64,000 nt of DNA from Octopus vulgaris (taxonomy: Eukaryota): NCBI GenBank assembly GCA_951406725.2, contig OX597830.1, positions 64,976,001 to 65,040,000 of the forward strand, read 5' to 3'. The number at the start of each line of letters is the position of its first letter. Position 1 is the stretch's first letter. Below, in pieces: positions 1 through 13,414 of the stretch. Under the pieces are notes generated by a model, which was not told where the DNA came from, did no database searches, and saw only the letters and a program-made list of their open reading frames with translations. The position numbers and the translations under genes are program-made.

Positions 1-55
1 AGCCTCGGGACGACCAAAGCCTTTGGTAGACGGAAACTGCAAGAAGTCCGTCGTA

Positions 56-112
<57 letters not shown>

Positions 113-338
113 GTGTGTGTGTGTGTTTGTTTGTGTTTGGCCCCCCCAACATCGCTTGACAACCGAAGCCGGTGCGTTTACGTCCCCGTAACATAGCGGT
201 TCGGCGAAAGAGACCGATAGAATAAGTACTAGGCTTACAAAAGAATAAATCGTCCTAGAGTCGATTCGCTCGACTAAAGGCGGTGCTCCAGCATGACCAC
301 AGTCAAATGACTGAAACAAGTAAAAGAATAAAAGAGTA
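1..338 (+). mobile_element. SINE family A, 3' part (cut by window edge)
   Basis: Matches body and tail of the copy at 23279-23710 (ggtagacggaaactg...gatagaataagtactaggcttacaaagaataa...gctccagcatg...aaacaagtaaaagaataaaaga), including the internal TA/TG microsatellite. Confidence 0.85.
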
Positions 339-730
339 ATACATCCACAACTACACGCACACACACACACACACATACATATACATGCGTGTGTGTGTTT
401 GTGCGTGTGTGTATGCACATATATACGTATATGAGATAAGCACGTATACACAAAAACACAAAACCGTTGATAGTGTGGTTACACATTTCACATACAGGAA
501 AGTTATAAGAATTCTGAACATTATTAAAGGAAAGACTTCAGGGAATAGACTCAATATATTACAAGAGACAGTGATATGACATGGATGACACCTAAGATCA
601 AACCTAAGATGGCGTTCGTTACAATAGAAATAGTTACCAAACGAACTCACGCACACAAACACACCTCCGCTTGCACACACTCAAAAATATACATTATATA
701 TATATATATATATTATACATTTTATAAATA

Positions 731-996
731 CAGTTGCGGCCAAAATGTTCAGAACGGCATTGTTTTCGTCAGAAAAGTAAGTATAAGTTTTTATCAAAGT
801 AGTTTTATATTTAAATCCCTAAATCATCCATAACATTTGTATTATCCTCTCAAATTACTCCAAAATCTCAGGCAATAACAAATAATATCGTATTTATTGT
901 CTGTGAAAATTATAGAATATAAAACAACTTTGATAAAAAATTATATCTACTTTTCTGACGAAAACAATGCCGTTCTGAACATTTTGGCCGCCACTG
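731..996. mobile_element. Tc1/mariner-type MITE
   Basis: 49-bp terminal inverted repeats (731-779 and 948-996, one mismatch) beginning CAGT; flanked by TA on both sides (729-730, 997-998). Confidence 0.9.
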
Positions 997-1518
997 TATA
1001 TTATATGTGTGGTTTGTGTGTGTCTGTATGTGTGTGTATGTGTGTGTGTGTGTGTGTGTGTTATATACTTGTATTACACATTAGGATGAAAAGAACATGA
1101 TTTACCCGTGTTGAAAAAATTGTCTATAAGAAAACTAACCTCGTTTTTGACGCCAAAGGCGCAAAATCGTGTACATACAGGTGTGAGTGTAGTGGAGGTA
1201 CATATACATATATATGTGTGTGTATTTATCTCTATGCGTGTGTGCGTATATACATATATATATGAACATATATATATATATATAAATATATATGTAACAA
1301 TATAATTACATATATACACACTTATATATACACATATATACACACACATATATATACACATATATACACACATATATAAGCGTATATATATGTATATATA
1401 TCCGTATATGTATGTGTATATATATATATATATATATACATACACATATATATATATATATGTATATATGTAGATATATATATATGTAAGTATGCATGTA
1501 TATATATACGTTATATTA

Positions 1519-1564
<46 letters not shown>

Positions 1565-3869
1565 TACATACATATATGTTGTGAATCTATGTATGTACAC
1601 ACTATAATTGGTGTTTGTATATGCGATATGCGTGTGTAGCAAATGCTATTGTATCGATGGAACGCTGCAGAAGATTTGGTCTCAGTAGTCGTCCATGTCA
1701 CAATATTGTCTTCTGTAATATATTATGTCCATTCCTTCAAGCACTTTCTTTAATTTTGGTTAGAATTCTCATCTTCTTCTGGAATATGAATGCATAACCT
1801 TCGAATCGAGGTGACAGCCAAACCACAATGTGTCATATGTATGTGTAAAGTGAAATATGCACACACATTATATATGTATTTGTGTGTGTATATTTATATA
1901 TGTATGTATATATATGTGGGGGGGGGGGTTGTGTGTGAATATATGTATATACACACACATATACATGTATTATATATATGTATGAATGTATATATGTATG
2001 TATTTATAAAATTATCTGTGTGTGTATGTGTGTGTGTGTGTGTGTGCGTGTGTGTGTGTGTACAGAAAGTAGACAGAGAAATAGTAATCAATTATTTGAT
2101 ATGCGTTCTACGTTCGAATGTATATAAGAGGTGGTATGTATGGTGGTTTCTCAACTGATTTGCGGAAAAAATAATTGCAGTTTTCTTACTTTAAGACATT
2201 TTATTCGTATTTAAAAAAAAATTAAATTGTATTTTACTTTGTTCTTTGAAGGGAGCGGCATGCCAAAGAATAGACACAACGCTTCCTCAGCCTATCGTAA
2301 AAGGGGCGACTGAAAGTGGTTGATGTAAAGTTTGAATTCTGACGTCGTGAAACCCTCACCACGACGACTAGCGAATCAGAGCTTTGGTTTGGATGGTGGC
2401 TGCCTGGGTGATGCAAGGGTGTCATCTTCTACGAATAGTAGGGAATCACTAACAAATGGAGAATCGATCACCGCACTGTTACAGCGCATGACGTAACAAA
2501 CACTGCCCGGAATATCCAGCCAAGTTTTGATCCAAGAGACCGCAAACCAACAAACATCGTACAGCAACAAACGTTCAAGAAAGTTCATAATGGAGCCGAA
2601 AGCCTTAAGAATGAGAAATGCCGTAGAGAACTCTGTGATTCGCAGGCAAGTGTTACAGGACAACTAAATGTAGTTCTACAGTTGTTCAACAGTTGTTCTA
2701 CAAAAAAGTCACCGTATAACACGATTTTTATCCTTTGGTTGCAATTGTGTTTTCTATTTGCTTACCCCTAGAAAGTTTGAAAAATGGTTGATATATCCTT
2801 CAAACTTTGCTTTTATTACATTTATTTAAACCCTAAATAATTCCTATCAACACATGGCTATGCTGATCCTCCACCTGCTCCTGAAGCCATTAACGGAATA
2901 CCGAAGCGGTTAAGGTCAAACAACTGACAAGCAAATGTGTGATATTGAGCAGAATATTTGCTATAACGGGATTGTTGCTTCAGGAACTCAACGCTGATCT
3001 ATCTGAAATATAATGGACAATAGGTCAGTTCCAAAACATTGTTGTCCAAGTCACAAAAACAAAATTTGAAGTGAATAGTAGTCATTTCCTTTGATTTCTA
3101 GATAGGCTGAAATAGCAAATAATTCTTTTGACCAAAGGCAAAATATATAAAAACACAGTGTAATAGGAATAATAAAAAGGAAAATAATCGTCTATACAGA
3201 TTTTGTTTGTTACACAAAACTGAAACACAAAAGTTCCATCTTTTTGAAAGCATTGTGTCATGCGACAAAAATATATTCTATACAACAGACGTTGTTCCAA
3301 GACGTGTTTGACCAAAGTACTTTCCAAAAACGCAGCTACAGAAAATGTATGTTATAATTCCTATTTGTATGTCTCCGTATGGAACGATACACTACGAGTT
3401 CCTGAATCCTTGCAACACCATCATAGCAGTGAAGTGTTACTATGAAATCATACAATAAAATTGGAGTTGGCAAGATCTGCAATATATACGTCAATATAGG
3501 TCAATCGAATATGAGAGGTTCTTCTCCATCACAATCACCTAAAATATATTTTACAAAGGAAATAAACAATAAAGATTTGTGATGCAAATACACAATTTTC
3601 AGCAGAAAGCTTTGATCAGTTTTTTTATTTGGTGGCCGTAATTTTTGCGTTCTTCCAGTTTTAGAGGAGGTTCTTTGAGTCTCTACAAAAGACAACGTCA
3701 TTAATAATGAAGCTGCAGATGGAAATGCCTTTAAATTAATCGGTTCAGAAATATATTTGCTCCTCGAACAAATATGACATTTTGCTTGTTGCTAAAAGTG
3801 CGTAGATTCTAATAGATATTATTTGTTGTATAAGTCTAAGCTGAAATATATGTATACTCATATATATAT

Positions 3870-3924
<55 letters not shown>

Positions 3925-3930
<6 letters not shown>

Positions 3931-4711
3931 GTAAAGAGTGAAAAAACGACGTCAATATGTCTGAAGAATATTAGAAAACTTTTTTTTTTTAATTTTTTTC
4001 TCTTATAATGACAAAATTTTTTAAGAAAGACCGGTTTCGCATTTAGCTTTTCAAATTTCTTGTGACGTTATGTTTATTTGAATGGAGTTATTCTTGTGTT
4101 TATGCTCCGGAGAGTTCTAAATAAGGGAAGGTAGTGGGTAATTTCTTCCGGTGTAAGGGAGATAATCGCTTTAAAATTTTTTTCCTTTTCCCTTAATGTG
4201 AATTTCTCAGTATCAGTATGTTCGGATGGTTGAATCTGGGCTTGTACTTTTCAATGAAGAATGTTTCCTTGTTTAGTCTAATTTGTGTTGGTGATCCGAA
4301 AGCACATTGGTAAAATGGAAAGATTAAAAATTGTGGTAGCAGTTGCTTTGCGCATTTCTCAATGTGCTCACTAAAAGGTATCATTCTATATTCTGGGAAT
4401 GCAATCTGTTGTCGATGCAGTGTGCATCTACGTCTGAGTGATAGTCCCGTGGAACCCACGTAGTCTTGGTGGCAGCCCAAGCATTCTATGACATAAATTA
4501 TGTTTTCAGAGGCACAAGTAAAGTTAGATTTGATCTTGAATTTTGTCATTATAAGAGAAAAAAATTTTTTTTTTTTGTAAATTTTCTAATATTCTTCAGA
4601 CATATTGACGCAAATATATATATTTTTTAACATTTAAGCCTTCTGTCGTTTTTTCACTCTTTACTATTTTCTATATATTCACCCACGTGCTTTCACAAAC
4701 CAACTTTCTTA

Positions 4712-4713
<2 letters not shown>
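3925..4713 (-). mobile_element. 5'-truncated Penelope-like element (GIY-YIG 3' end plus inverted terminal segment)
   Basis: ORF 4193-4549 has the GIY-YIG signature NIIYVIECLGCHQDYVGST. 4545-4670 is an inverted copy of 3925-4018 followed by a tail. Inserted in (TA)n and close to the element at 9233-11035. Confidence 0.9.
4023..4061 (-). ncRNA. Minimal type I hammerhead ribozyme, U3-A8 core variant
   Basis: Minus strand reads AAGAAAT TTGAAAA GC-TAAAT-GC GAAA CCGG TC TTTCTT: stem I, core UUGAAAA, 2-bp stem II, palindromic stem III (ACCGGT), GUC site. Confidence 0.7.
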
Positions 4714-4751
<38 letters not shown>

Positions 4752-4755
<4 letters not shown>

Positions 4756-5095
4756 TTTAAATGACAGAAGAATCACTCTCAAGCTACTCAATCATCATTG
4801 AATGACATTATCCACAATAGGTACATATAGGACTAAATATTGAAATTATCAAAATTAATACTTACAATTCTTATTTCAAATCAAATACTTTACATTATAA
4901 GAAATGCAGGTATTAATTTTGATAATTCTAATATTTAGTCCTGTATGTACCTATTGTGGATAATGTCATTTAATGACGATTGAGTTGCTGGAGGGTGATT
5001 CTGTCTCTTAAACATATCTTATATATGTATATAAGACAGTGAGTAATTCAATTTAGTACCACCCATCTCCTCTGTGGAGTCGGAAATAAATTCCC

Positions 5096-5098
<3 letters not shown>
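4752..5098. repeat. Imperfect fold-back inverted repeat with one-sided tail in a microsatellite (probable PLE terminus)
   Basis: About 110-bp arms at ~4752-4862 and ~4910-5022 (aatgacattatccacaataggtacat / atgtacctattgtggataatgtcatt), followed by a unique tail. Confidence 0.65.
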
Positions 5099-5170
<72 letters not shown>

Positions 5171-5245
5171 CGTATATGCATACATATATTTATATGTGTA
5201 TATATATATACATACATATATATATATATATGTATAAACATATAT

Positions 5246-5354
<109 letters not shown>

Positions 5355-5355
5355 A

Positions 5356-5879
5356 CAGGATCTTCAAGACGTCTCTCCGCAATAAGTATTTTATTGCAAA
5401 ATACATATTTATAAGATGGTATAAGACTACAAAAGAATATATTAGACTTTACAAGACTTTAAACATCTTTATAAGAAGTGTTGAAAGTGTCATCCTTCAT
5501 TTTCAATACATAAGTTGACTCTTCTTCACGTTTTAAAATACAACTTCGAGAGTCTGACGCGGTATGGACCATGTGAAGGTTACGATTGCGTCTCTTAGCT
5601 CATTAATGGTTTTCGGGCGATTCTTGTACACTGGTTCTTTACTTGCTCTCTGGAAAAAAAAATCTGGCGGTGTTAATCAGCTGATCTTGGTGGCCAAATT
5701 CCCTTCGAAATAATCCATTCAGCAAAAATCTCTTCAAAGAGCGGCATTGTGATGCTCGAAGTATGTACTTTAACTCCATCTTGCAGAAAGTGTGCATTAT
5801 TAATTTCACGTTCAGTGAGTTGGCAAACAAATGGCTAGACAATATTTGAGCAGTGCGGAAAGACTTTTTGAACACCTTG
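5356..5879 (-). mobile_element. Internally deleted Tc1/mariner-superfamily DNA transposon
   Basis: Degenerate TIRs (caggatcttcaagacgtctctccgca versus the reverse complement of tgcggaaagactttttgaacaccttg). Minus strand gives the frameshifted transposase motif WPPRSAD..TPPDFF...KEPVYKNRPKTINELRDAI. Confidence 0.75.
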
Positions 5880-5886
5880 TGTGTGC

Positions 5887-5930
<44 letters not shown>

Positions 5931-5932
<2 letters not shown>

Positions 5933-6250
5933 CGGCACGTGGCTTAGTGGTTAGGGCATTCAGCTTACGATCGAAAGGTCATGATTTCAATTCCCGGCGA
6001 AGCACTGTGTCCTTGAGCAAGACACTTTATTTCACGTTGCTCCAGTCCACTCAGCTGGCAAAAATGAGTTGTACCTGTATTTCAAAGGGCCAGCTTGTCA
6101 CATTATGTGTCACGCTGAACTTCCCTGAGAACTACGTTAAGAGTACACATGTCTGTGGAGTGCTCAGCCACTTGCACGTTAATTTCACGAACAAGCTGTT
6201 CCGTTGATCGTATCAGCTGTGATCCTCCTCATCGTAACCGACGAAGTTCT
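5931..6250 (+). mobile_element. SINE family C (short-body variant)
   Basis: tRNA-like head (tggcttagtggttagggca...ttcaattcc) and family C tail ending cgtaaccgacg. Confidence 0.8.
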
Positions 6251-6781
6251 TCTTTATATATATATATGTGTGTGTGTATGTGTGTGGGGTGGGGTGTTTA
6301 TATACACAAACACACAGTATATATATTTATAATGTAGTAATGCTTCAACAAGCAGAAAAGCACTTGATCAGCTAATAGATTACAGATTAATAATAATTTC
6401 GATCAAGAAACCTTGTAGTTCGTTTCATTATAACATAGTTGTATGTAGGTATGTATATATATACCACAAAAATATAGGTACGTATGTTGCTTTAAATTTC
6501 GTAGCTAAATTCCACAAAATTGTTTATCGCGTATGTAGTGTGTCTATGTGCCCTTCACATTGGTCAGAGAGTATGTCGTAGACAGACAGAGAGAAAGAGA
6601 GAGACAGGGAGGAGGGAGAGTGTGTATGCAAATGTTGAAGTAGGGTTACATATATGGGTATTGTGTAGCTATGTATGTTTAACATATAGACTAACAGAGA
6701 AAGAAATATACACGTGTATAATTATATACAATTACAAGTACGCATACACAATGAATTACACATTTACGTACAAATACATTA

Positions 6782-6844
<63 letters not shown>

Positions 6845-7267
6845 ATGCGCATGCGTATGTGTTTGTGTGTGTGTGTGTGTGTGTGTAAGTGTGTTCGGGA
6901 AAGCGTACGATGGCGATGGGAATGAAGAGGCTGCAGGAGTTGATCTATAATTTTAATAGTTGGAAATTAAATTGTAATGTAAATTTTTATTGATGCCTCA
7001 GAGAAAATGAAATGTTGCCCCTACACGCCACCGCCACTACCATCGCACACCAACACTGGAATCCAATTATTCTTTTGGAGATTGGCTCTGAGACAAGACG
7101 TGCCAGATGGCGTCACATGGGCCATAACATTAAGGGTCGCTCGCGCTTATTGACTTTTCAATAACAACAACAACAGCAACAACAACGACAGCAACAACAG
7201 CAGCGATAACATCATCAATAATAATAATAATAGCAAAATTAATTATGACGATGACGACGACGACGAC

Positions 7268-7314
<47 letters not shown>

Positions 7315-7469
7315 CGACGACGACGACGACGACGACGATACTGCACTGCAAAACTCATTAAGTACATAGCGTCATTGACACAGCTACAAGTAAATACACA
7401 CACTTTGCGTAGCTCTCATTTATGTATGTGTGTGTGTGTGTGTGTGCGCGCGTGCGCGGTATGTATATG

Positions 7470-7504
<35 letters not shown>

Positions 7505-7580
7505 GTACACACATATATGTCTATGAGTGTGTGTATGTGCATCTGTGCGTATATATATATATATATGTATACATATAAGC

Positions 7581-7638
<58 letters not shown>

Positions 7639-7907
7639 GTATACATATATATATATATATGATTATATATATGAACATGTATATGTATACATATATATAT
7701 ATATGTGTATGTATGTGTGTGTTTATGTATATATATATGCATATATATAGATGTATATATGTGTATATATATATATATACATGTACATATATATATATAT
7801 GTATGTATGTATACACGCGCACGCATATGTATGTATAAATATGTACATTTGTATACCTATGTCTTCTAAACATATATTTATTATGTATATATATATAATA
7901 GATATTA

Positions 7908-7956
<49 letters not shown>

Positions 7957-8028
7957 GTATATATATATGTATATATATATGTATGTATATATGTAAGTAT
8001 GTGTGTATGTATTATGTACGTACCTACG

Positions 8029-8062
<34 letters not shown>

Positions 8063-8490
8063 TGTATGTATGTATGTATGTATGTATGTATGTATGAATG
8101 CATGTATGTACGTATGTATGTATGTATGTATAGGAAACTCTTATAAGCAGAAACCATTCGTGTCTCTATTTGCCAATATTCCAATCTAGTTTATAGAAAC
8201 ACTACAGTCATTCCCTTTTCATCCTTTAGGGCACAACAGCTGCTGTCCTAGCTTCCCAAGAAGAAAACTAATTTGGTGACGTTTCTTAGTAGAGTTTCTT
8301 GGAGAAGAAGAACTCGAAGAATTCTAATTATGATAACCCTGCAAACCTCAAATATAAAATATTCCTTCTTTGATACAGTATAATATCTCAGATGTGTAGA
8401 AGAAACTCAAAAACAATTAATCTGCAATGACTATGTACATTTATATAGAAATGTAATAAACGTGTTGAAGTATTTCATAGTAAGACTAGA

Positions 8491-9124
8491 CGTGGCTGTG
8501 TGGTTAAAGAAGCATGTTTTGCTACTACATGTTTTCGGGTTCATTTCTACTACGAGGCGATTTGGGAATGTACCTTCTTCTATGTCCTTGACTGACCAAT
8601 TCCTTGTAAGTGAATTTGATATACAGAAAATGTGTGAGAGCCCGACTTCCAAACACACATATATGTGAGTGTGTGTGTGAGTCTGTTTGTGTGCGTCTGT
8701 GTGTGCCACTACGACTTGACAACCGGTGTTCTTTTTTTTACCTCCCGGTAACACGTAGCGCTTCAGCAAATTTGGATCGATAGAACAAGTACCAAGCGTC
8801 TATCTTTTCCACTAAACCCTTGCAGATGATGCCCCAGCATGGAAGGTTTAAAGCCTTGAGTATAGATTTGGTAGACGGAAACTGAAAGAAGCCCGTCGTA
8901 TGTATAAGTGTATGTGTTTGTGTGTCTGTGTTTGTCCCCCCAACATCGCTTGACAACCGGCGCTGGTGTGTTTAGTCCCCGTAACCAAGCGGTTTAGCAA
9001 AAAAGACCGATAGAATAAGCACTAGGCTTACAATAAATCCTGGGGTCGATTTGTTCGACTAAAAGCGGTGCCCCAGCATGGCCGCAGTCAGATGACTGAA
9101 ACGAGATAAAACAATAAAAGAATA
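8491..9124 (+). mobile_element. Two adjacent SINE family A copies (one degenerate, one 5'-truncated)
   Basis: Head gtggctgtgtggttaaagaagc at 8491; second body from gatttggtagacggaaactgaaagaagcccgtcg to the tail at ~9124. Confidence 0.8.
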
Positions 9125-9368
9125 TACATAATACTTACACACACACACACATATATATATCTATATATGTATGTATAAATATGTATATATATATATGTAT
9201 ATATATATATGTGTATATATATATGTATATATAAGAAAATAGTAAAGTGTGAAAAAACGACAGAAGGCTTAAATGTTAAAAAATATATATATTTGTGTCA
9301 AAATGTCTGGAGAATATTGGAAAAATTTTTTTTCCCTTCCTTAAAATGACATAATTTAAAAATTTTAA

Positions 9369-9408
9369 AAGAAATTACCGGTTTCGCGTGTAGCTTTTCA
9401 AATTTCTT
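9369..9408 (-). ncRNA. Minimal type I hammerhead ribozyme, U3-A8 variant
   Basis: Reverse complement of 10838-10877; sense to the PLE ORF and about 135 nt downstream of its stop codon. Confidence 0.8.
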
Positions 9409-9544
9409 GTGACGTTATGTTTATATTGCATGGAGTTATCGTTGTGTTTATTAACAGGAGATTTCTAAATAAGGGGAGGTAGTGAGTGATTTCTTCCGGT
9501 GTAAGGGAGATAATCGCTTAAAAAATTTTTTTCCCTTCTCCTTG

Positions 9545-10440
9545 TTAATTTCTCTGTGTCAGTATGTTCGGATGGTTGAGTCTGGGTTTGTACTTTTCAA
9601 TGAAGAATGTTTCCTTGTTCAGTCTCATTTGTGTTGATGATCCGAAAGCACATTGGTAAAATGGGAAGATTAAAAATTGTGGCAGTATTTGCTTTGCGCA
9701 TTTCTCAATGTGCTCACTAAAAGGTATCATTCTATATTCTGGGAATGCAATTTGTTGTCGATGCAGTGTGCATCTACGCCTGAGTGATAGTCCCGTTGAA
9801 CCCACGTAGTCTTGCTGGCAGCCCGAGCATTTAATAACATAAATTATGTTTTCAGAGGCACAAGTAAAGTTAGATTTGATCTTGAATTTCTGTCCCTCTT
9901 TAAAGAAGAATTCTGATCCTTCCAATAGGTTAGGACATGTTGCACAGTTCGATCTACCACATTTTTTTACTTTTGCATCCGTAATTTTAGAAGACAATTT
10001 TGCCTTTGTGAGAATCTTTTTAAGTGATTTAGGCTGTTTGTAGCTTTTAATGATTTGGTGTATGTTTAGAATTTCCTTTAATTTTGGGTTTTTATGAAGT
10101 ATTGGTAAATTCTGGGTGATGATGGTGAAGGCTTCTTTGTTTCTGGGGTTGTATGTAGATATGTAAGGTAGTATTTTCGGGGAAGGTGTGTTGTTGTGTT
10201 GAACTTTTCTTAAAGTTTCTATGTTGATTTCTGTTGCACGTCTGATCCCATCCTCTATGAGTTGAGCTGGGTAATGTCTATCAATTAGGATGTTTTTGAG
10301 TTCTTGCAGTCTAAAGTTCCTGGTATTTTGTTCTGACACTATTGTGCATATCCTTCTTGCAAGGTTGAAGGGGATGTTTGTTTTAGTGTGTCTTGGGTGG
10401 CATGAATTAAAAAGAAGGTATTGTTTGGCGTATGTGGCTT
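9545..10440 (-). CDS. PLE RT thumb/linker plus GIY-YIG endonuclease (truncated ORF)
   Basis: 264-aa ORF, extendable upstream in frame to the inversion junction; GIY-YIG motif with the CxxC insert typical of PLEs. Confidence 0.9.
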
Positions 10441-10837
10441 TGTGGGTTCAACGGGACTATCACTCAGGCGTAGATGCACACTGCATCGACAACAGATTGC
10501 ATTCCCAGAATATAGAATGATACCTTTTAGTGAGCACATTGAGAAATGCGCAAAGCAAATACTGCCACAATTTTTAATCTTCCCATTTTACCAATGTGCT
10601 TTCGGATCATCAACACAAATGAGACTGAACAAGGAAACATTCTTCATTGAAAAGTACAAACCCAGACTCAACCATCCGAACATACTGACACAGAGAAATT
10701 AACAAGGAAAAGGGAAAAAAAATTTTAAGCGATTATCTCCCTTACACCGGAAGAAATCACTCACTACCTCCCCTTATTTAGAAATCTCCTGTTAATAAAC
10801 ACAACGATAGCTCCATGCAATATAAACATAACGTCAC

Positions 10838-10877
10838 AAGAAATTTGAAAAGCTACACGCGAAACCGGTAATTTCTT
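10838..10877 (+). ncRNA. Minimal type I hammerhead ribozyme, U3-A8 variant
   Basis: AAGAAAT TTGAAAA GC-TACAC-GC GAAA CCGG TA ATTTCTT: perfect 7-bp stem I, palindromic stem III, GUA cleavage triplet. Confidence 0.8.
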
Positions 10878-11281
10878 AAAAAATTTTTAAATTATGTCAT
10901 TTTAAGGAAGGGGAAAAAAAATTTTTCCAATATTCTCCAGACATTTTGACACAAATATATATATGTCGTTTTTTCACACTTTACTATTTTCTTATATATT
11001 CACCCACGTGCTTTACCAAACAAACTTTCTTATCTATATGTATATATATATATATATAGTAGAAATATGTTACGAAAAGGAATTATAAAATACACGTGGA
11101 AATGTAAGGGTAAGATATGAAAAATCAACGAAAATGCATATTGCAGATAGAAAAAGGCTATCTATGACAGGTAACGACAAATATATACATTTAGATTGAC
11201 TGAGGTAGTAATACGAGTCATAAAGGTCATTATTATGAGATGATTATAAGAAGTTAATAATAATAATAAAGTAAGAGACCG

Positions 11282-11321
11282 AAACGAACCAATTGGTTTG
11301 CGCGTGGGCTATTCATCGTTT
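11282..11321 (-). ncRNA. Hammerhead-like motif, A3-U8 variant (1-nt defect at GAAA)
   Basis: Minus strand: AAACG ATGAATA GC-CCAC-GC GCAAA CCAATTGG TT CGTTT; 5-bp stem I, palindromic stem III, GUU triplet. Confidence 0.55.
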
Positions 11322-11371
11322 GAACAGCACCGGTTAATAAACATATGTATGTATATGGGAACATATTAATA

Positions 11372-11577
<206 letters not shown>

Positions 11578-11654
11578 TGTATATATTTGTGTGTCTGTGC
11601 TTGTTCACCCAAGCCAATAAAAGAAATAAATAAAAGAATATCAGATTGACTCAA

Positions 11655-12432
11655 AAGCTCCTTTTCTTTTCACAGATTTTCGATGACAATTATACCTCTA
11701 GGTTACCTCATTAATTTCATACAACCCCCTCGTGAACTGAAAGAACAGAAGTTGATCCGGACCCTTATTCAAAGGTCAACACTGGTGACGAAGGGTGATG
11801 TTACGGCTACGACCTGGAAACGAAGCAGTAATCAAGTCAATGGAAGCATTCAATGTCTCCACGTCCCAAAAAGCGCCTCAAGTGAAGTCCAATGCCAAGA
11901 CGATGTTGATTTGTTTCATCGATGCGAAAGGAATTTTCTAGACAGATTTTTTTTGTTCCTGGTCAAGCTTTTAACCAGACATTTTACTTGACAGCTTTGA
12001 AACGAGAAACGCTGAGACGAAACCGCCCACACCAATGGCAAAGTGGTAAGTGGTGGTTTCATCACGACAATCTGCCAGCGCACACCACCTTGTATGTGAG
12101 AGTTTTTTTACTGAGAATGACATGACCCGATTTACCCACCTCTCCTATTCCTCCGATCTTGCTCCCTGCAACATTTTTGGTCCCCCGAATGAAAAAAAAA
12201 TCCTTAAAGAGAAACGTTTTGTAGATGTCGAAGAGGTGAAGAAAAAACGACGGAAGCGTTAAAAGGCATCACTTGGCAAGAGTTCCAGGACTGCTTCGAA
12301 CAGTGGAAAAAAACGCGTCTGGACCGATGCATTGCTTCAAATGGAGAATACTTTGAAGGCGATAAAAGTCTAAACATATAAAACTAAATAAACAAAATAA
12401 TATTGCAAAATTCCGGTTTCTTTTGAGTATCG

Positions 12433-12435
<3 letters not shown>
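11655..12435 (+). pseudogene. mariner transposase remnant
   Basis: Frameshifted motifs TGDEG..YGYDLETK, WWFHHDNLPAHT, YSSDLAPCNIF, KRFVDVEEVK and RCIASNGEYFEGDK; ends at (TA)n. Confidence 0.85.
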
Positions 12436-12501
<66 letters not shown>

Positions 12502-13145
12502 ATATATGGAGACAGACTGTGTGTGTGAGAGAGAGAGAGAGATGCACAGGTAAATAGACAGACAGGCAGAGATAGAAATTCATAGCTTCGTTTTATTCTT
12601 TTATCTGTGGTGGTAAATGACTTCTTTTCACTTGTATATGATGACGTTTAACAACTCATCAATCACTGGCAATCTTTAATTAACCACGGCATCAACACAA
12701 TCATTATAGCCAGTCTTTAATTAGAAACATGAGCACAGGTTTCTATGGTAGGCATAGACAACGATGGCTATTAGATGCTTCAGATACTATAAAATGTAGG
12801 TCTCGGGTTTCTGACAGCCTTTTGAGGAACCACTGCTAGAATTGAACTCAATGCCGCTGGCTAGAACCCCATGTGTTATTTACACTTTGACTAATTTGAA
12901 ATATTTTCAAGAGAAAATTTACGATTCTGGTTGTGGATAAAGAAGACTGTGGGAACAAATTTGGCAATTTTTGGCAAAATATGTACCATTTTACCAAGTT
13001 GTAACAAAAAGTTCGTGAAATATTTAAAATGTTTACAGTTGGATAGAGAGACAAATATAACAAAATAATTTGATAAAAAATGTGAATTTTTAATTATTTT
13101 CTTAGATTTTACAAAAGCCAACAAGAATATTTTAAAGCGGTCTAA

Positions 13146-13352
13146 AGGCGGTGAACTGGCAGAATTGTTAGCACACCGGGCAAAATGCCCAGTGGCACTT
13201 CATCAGACTTTTACGTTCAGAGTTCAAATTCCGCCGAGGTCGACGTTGCCTGTCATGCTCACAGGATCGATAAATGAAATGCCAGTGAAACACTTGGTCG
13301 ATGTAATCCCCTAAAATTTCAGGCATTGTGCCTTTAGTAGAGAGGATTATTA
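13146..13352 (+). mobile_element. SINE family B
   Basis: A-box-like tggcagaattgttagc and B-box gagttcaaattcc; tail aaaatttcaggc...tagtagagaggattatt. Confidence 0.8.
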
Positions 13353-13414
13353 AAAGTGGTCTGTTTTAGTTTTAGTTACGAAGCGGAGTATCTTTTCATA
13401 CTTTCAGTTGAATA

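Larger units (their letters stand above)
9233..11035 (-). mobile_element. Penelope-like element, 5'-truncated, with inverted pseudo-LTR
   Basis: Minus-strand frame from ~10440 to 9545 is open: KQYLLFNSCHPRHTKTNIPFNLARRI, then linker CGRSNCATC, then GIY-YIG NIIYVIKCSGCQQDYVGST. 10442-10990 is a near-identical inverted copy of 9233-9804, extended by a ~45-nt tail. Flanked by (TA)n. Confidence 0.95.

Noticed and set aside
10421-10702. Plus-strand 93-aa ORF as an independent gene
   Set aside because: It is the inverted duplicate of the PLE endonuclease C-terminus.
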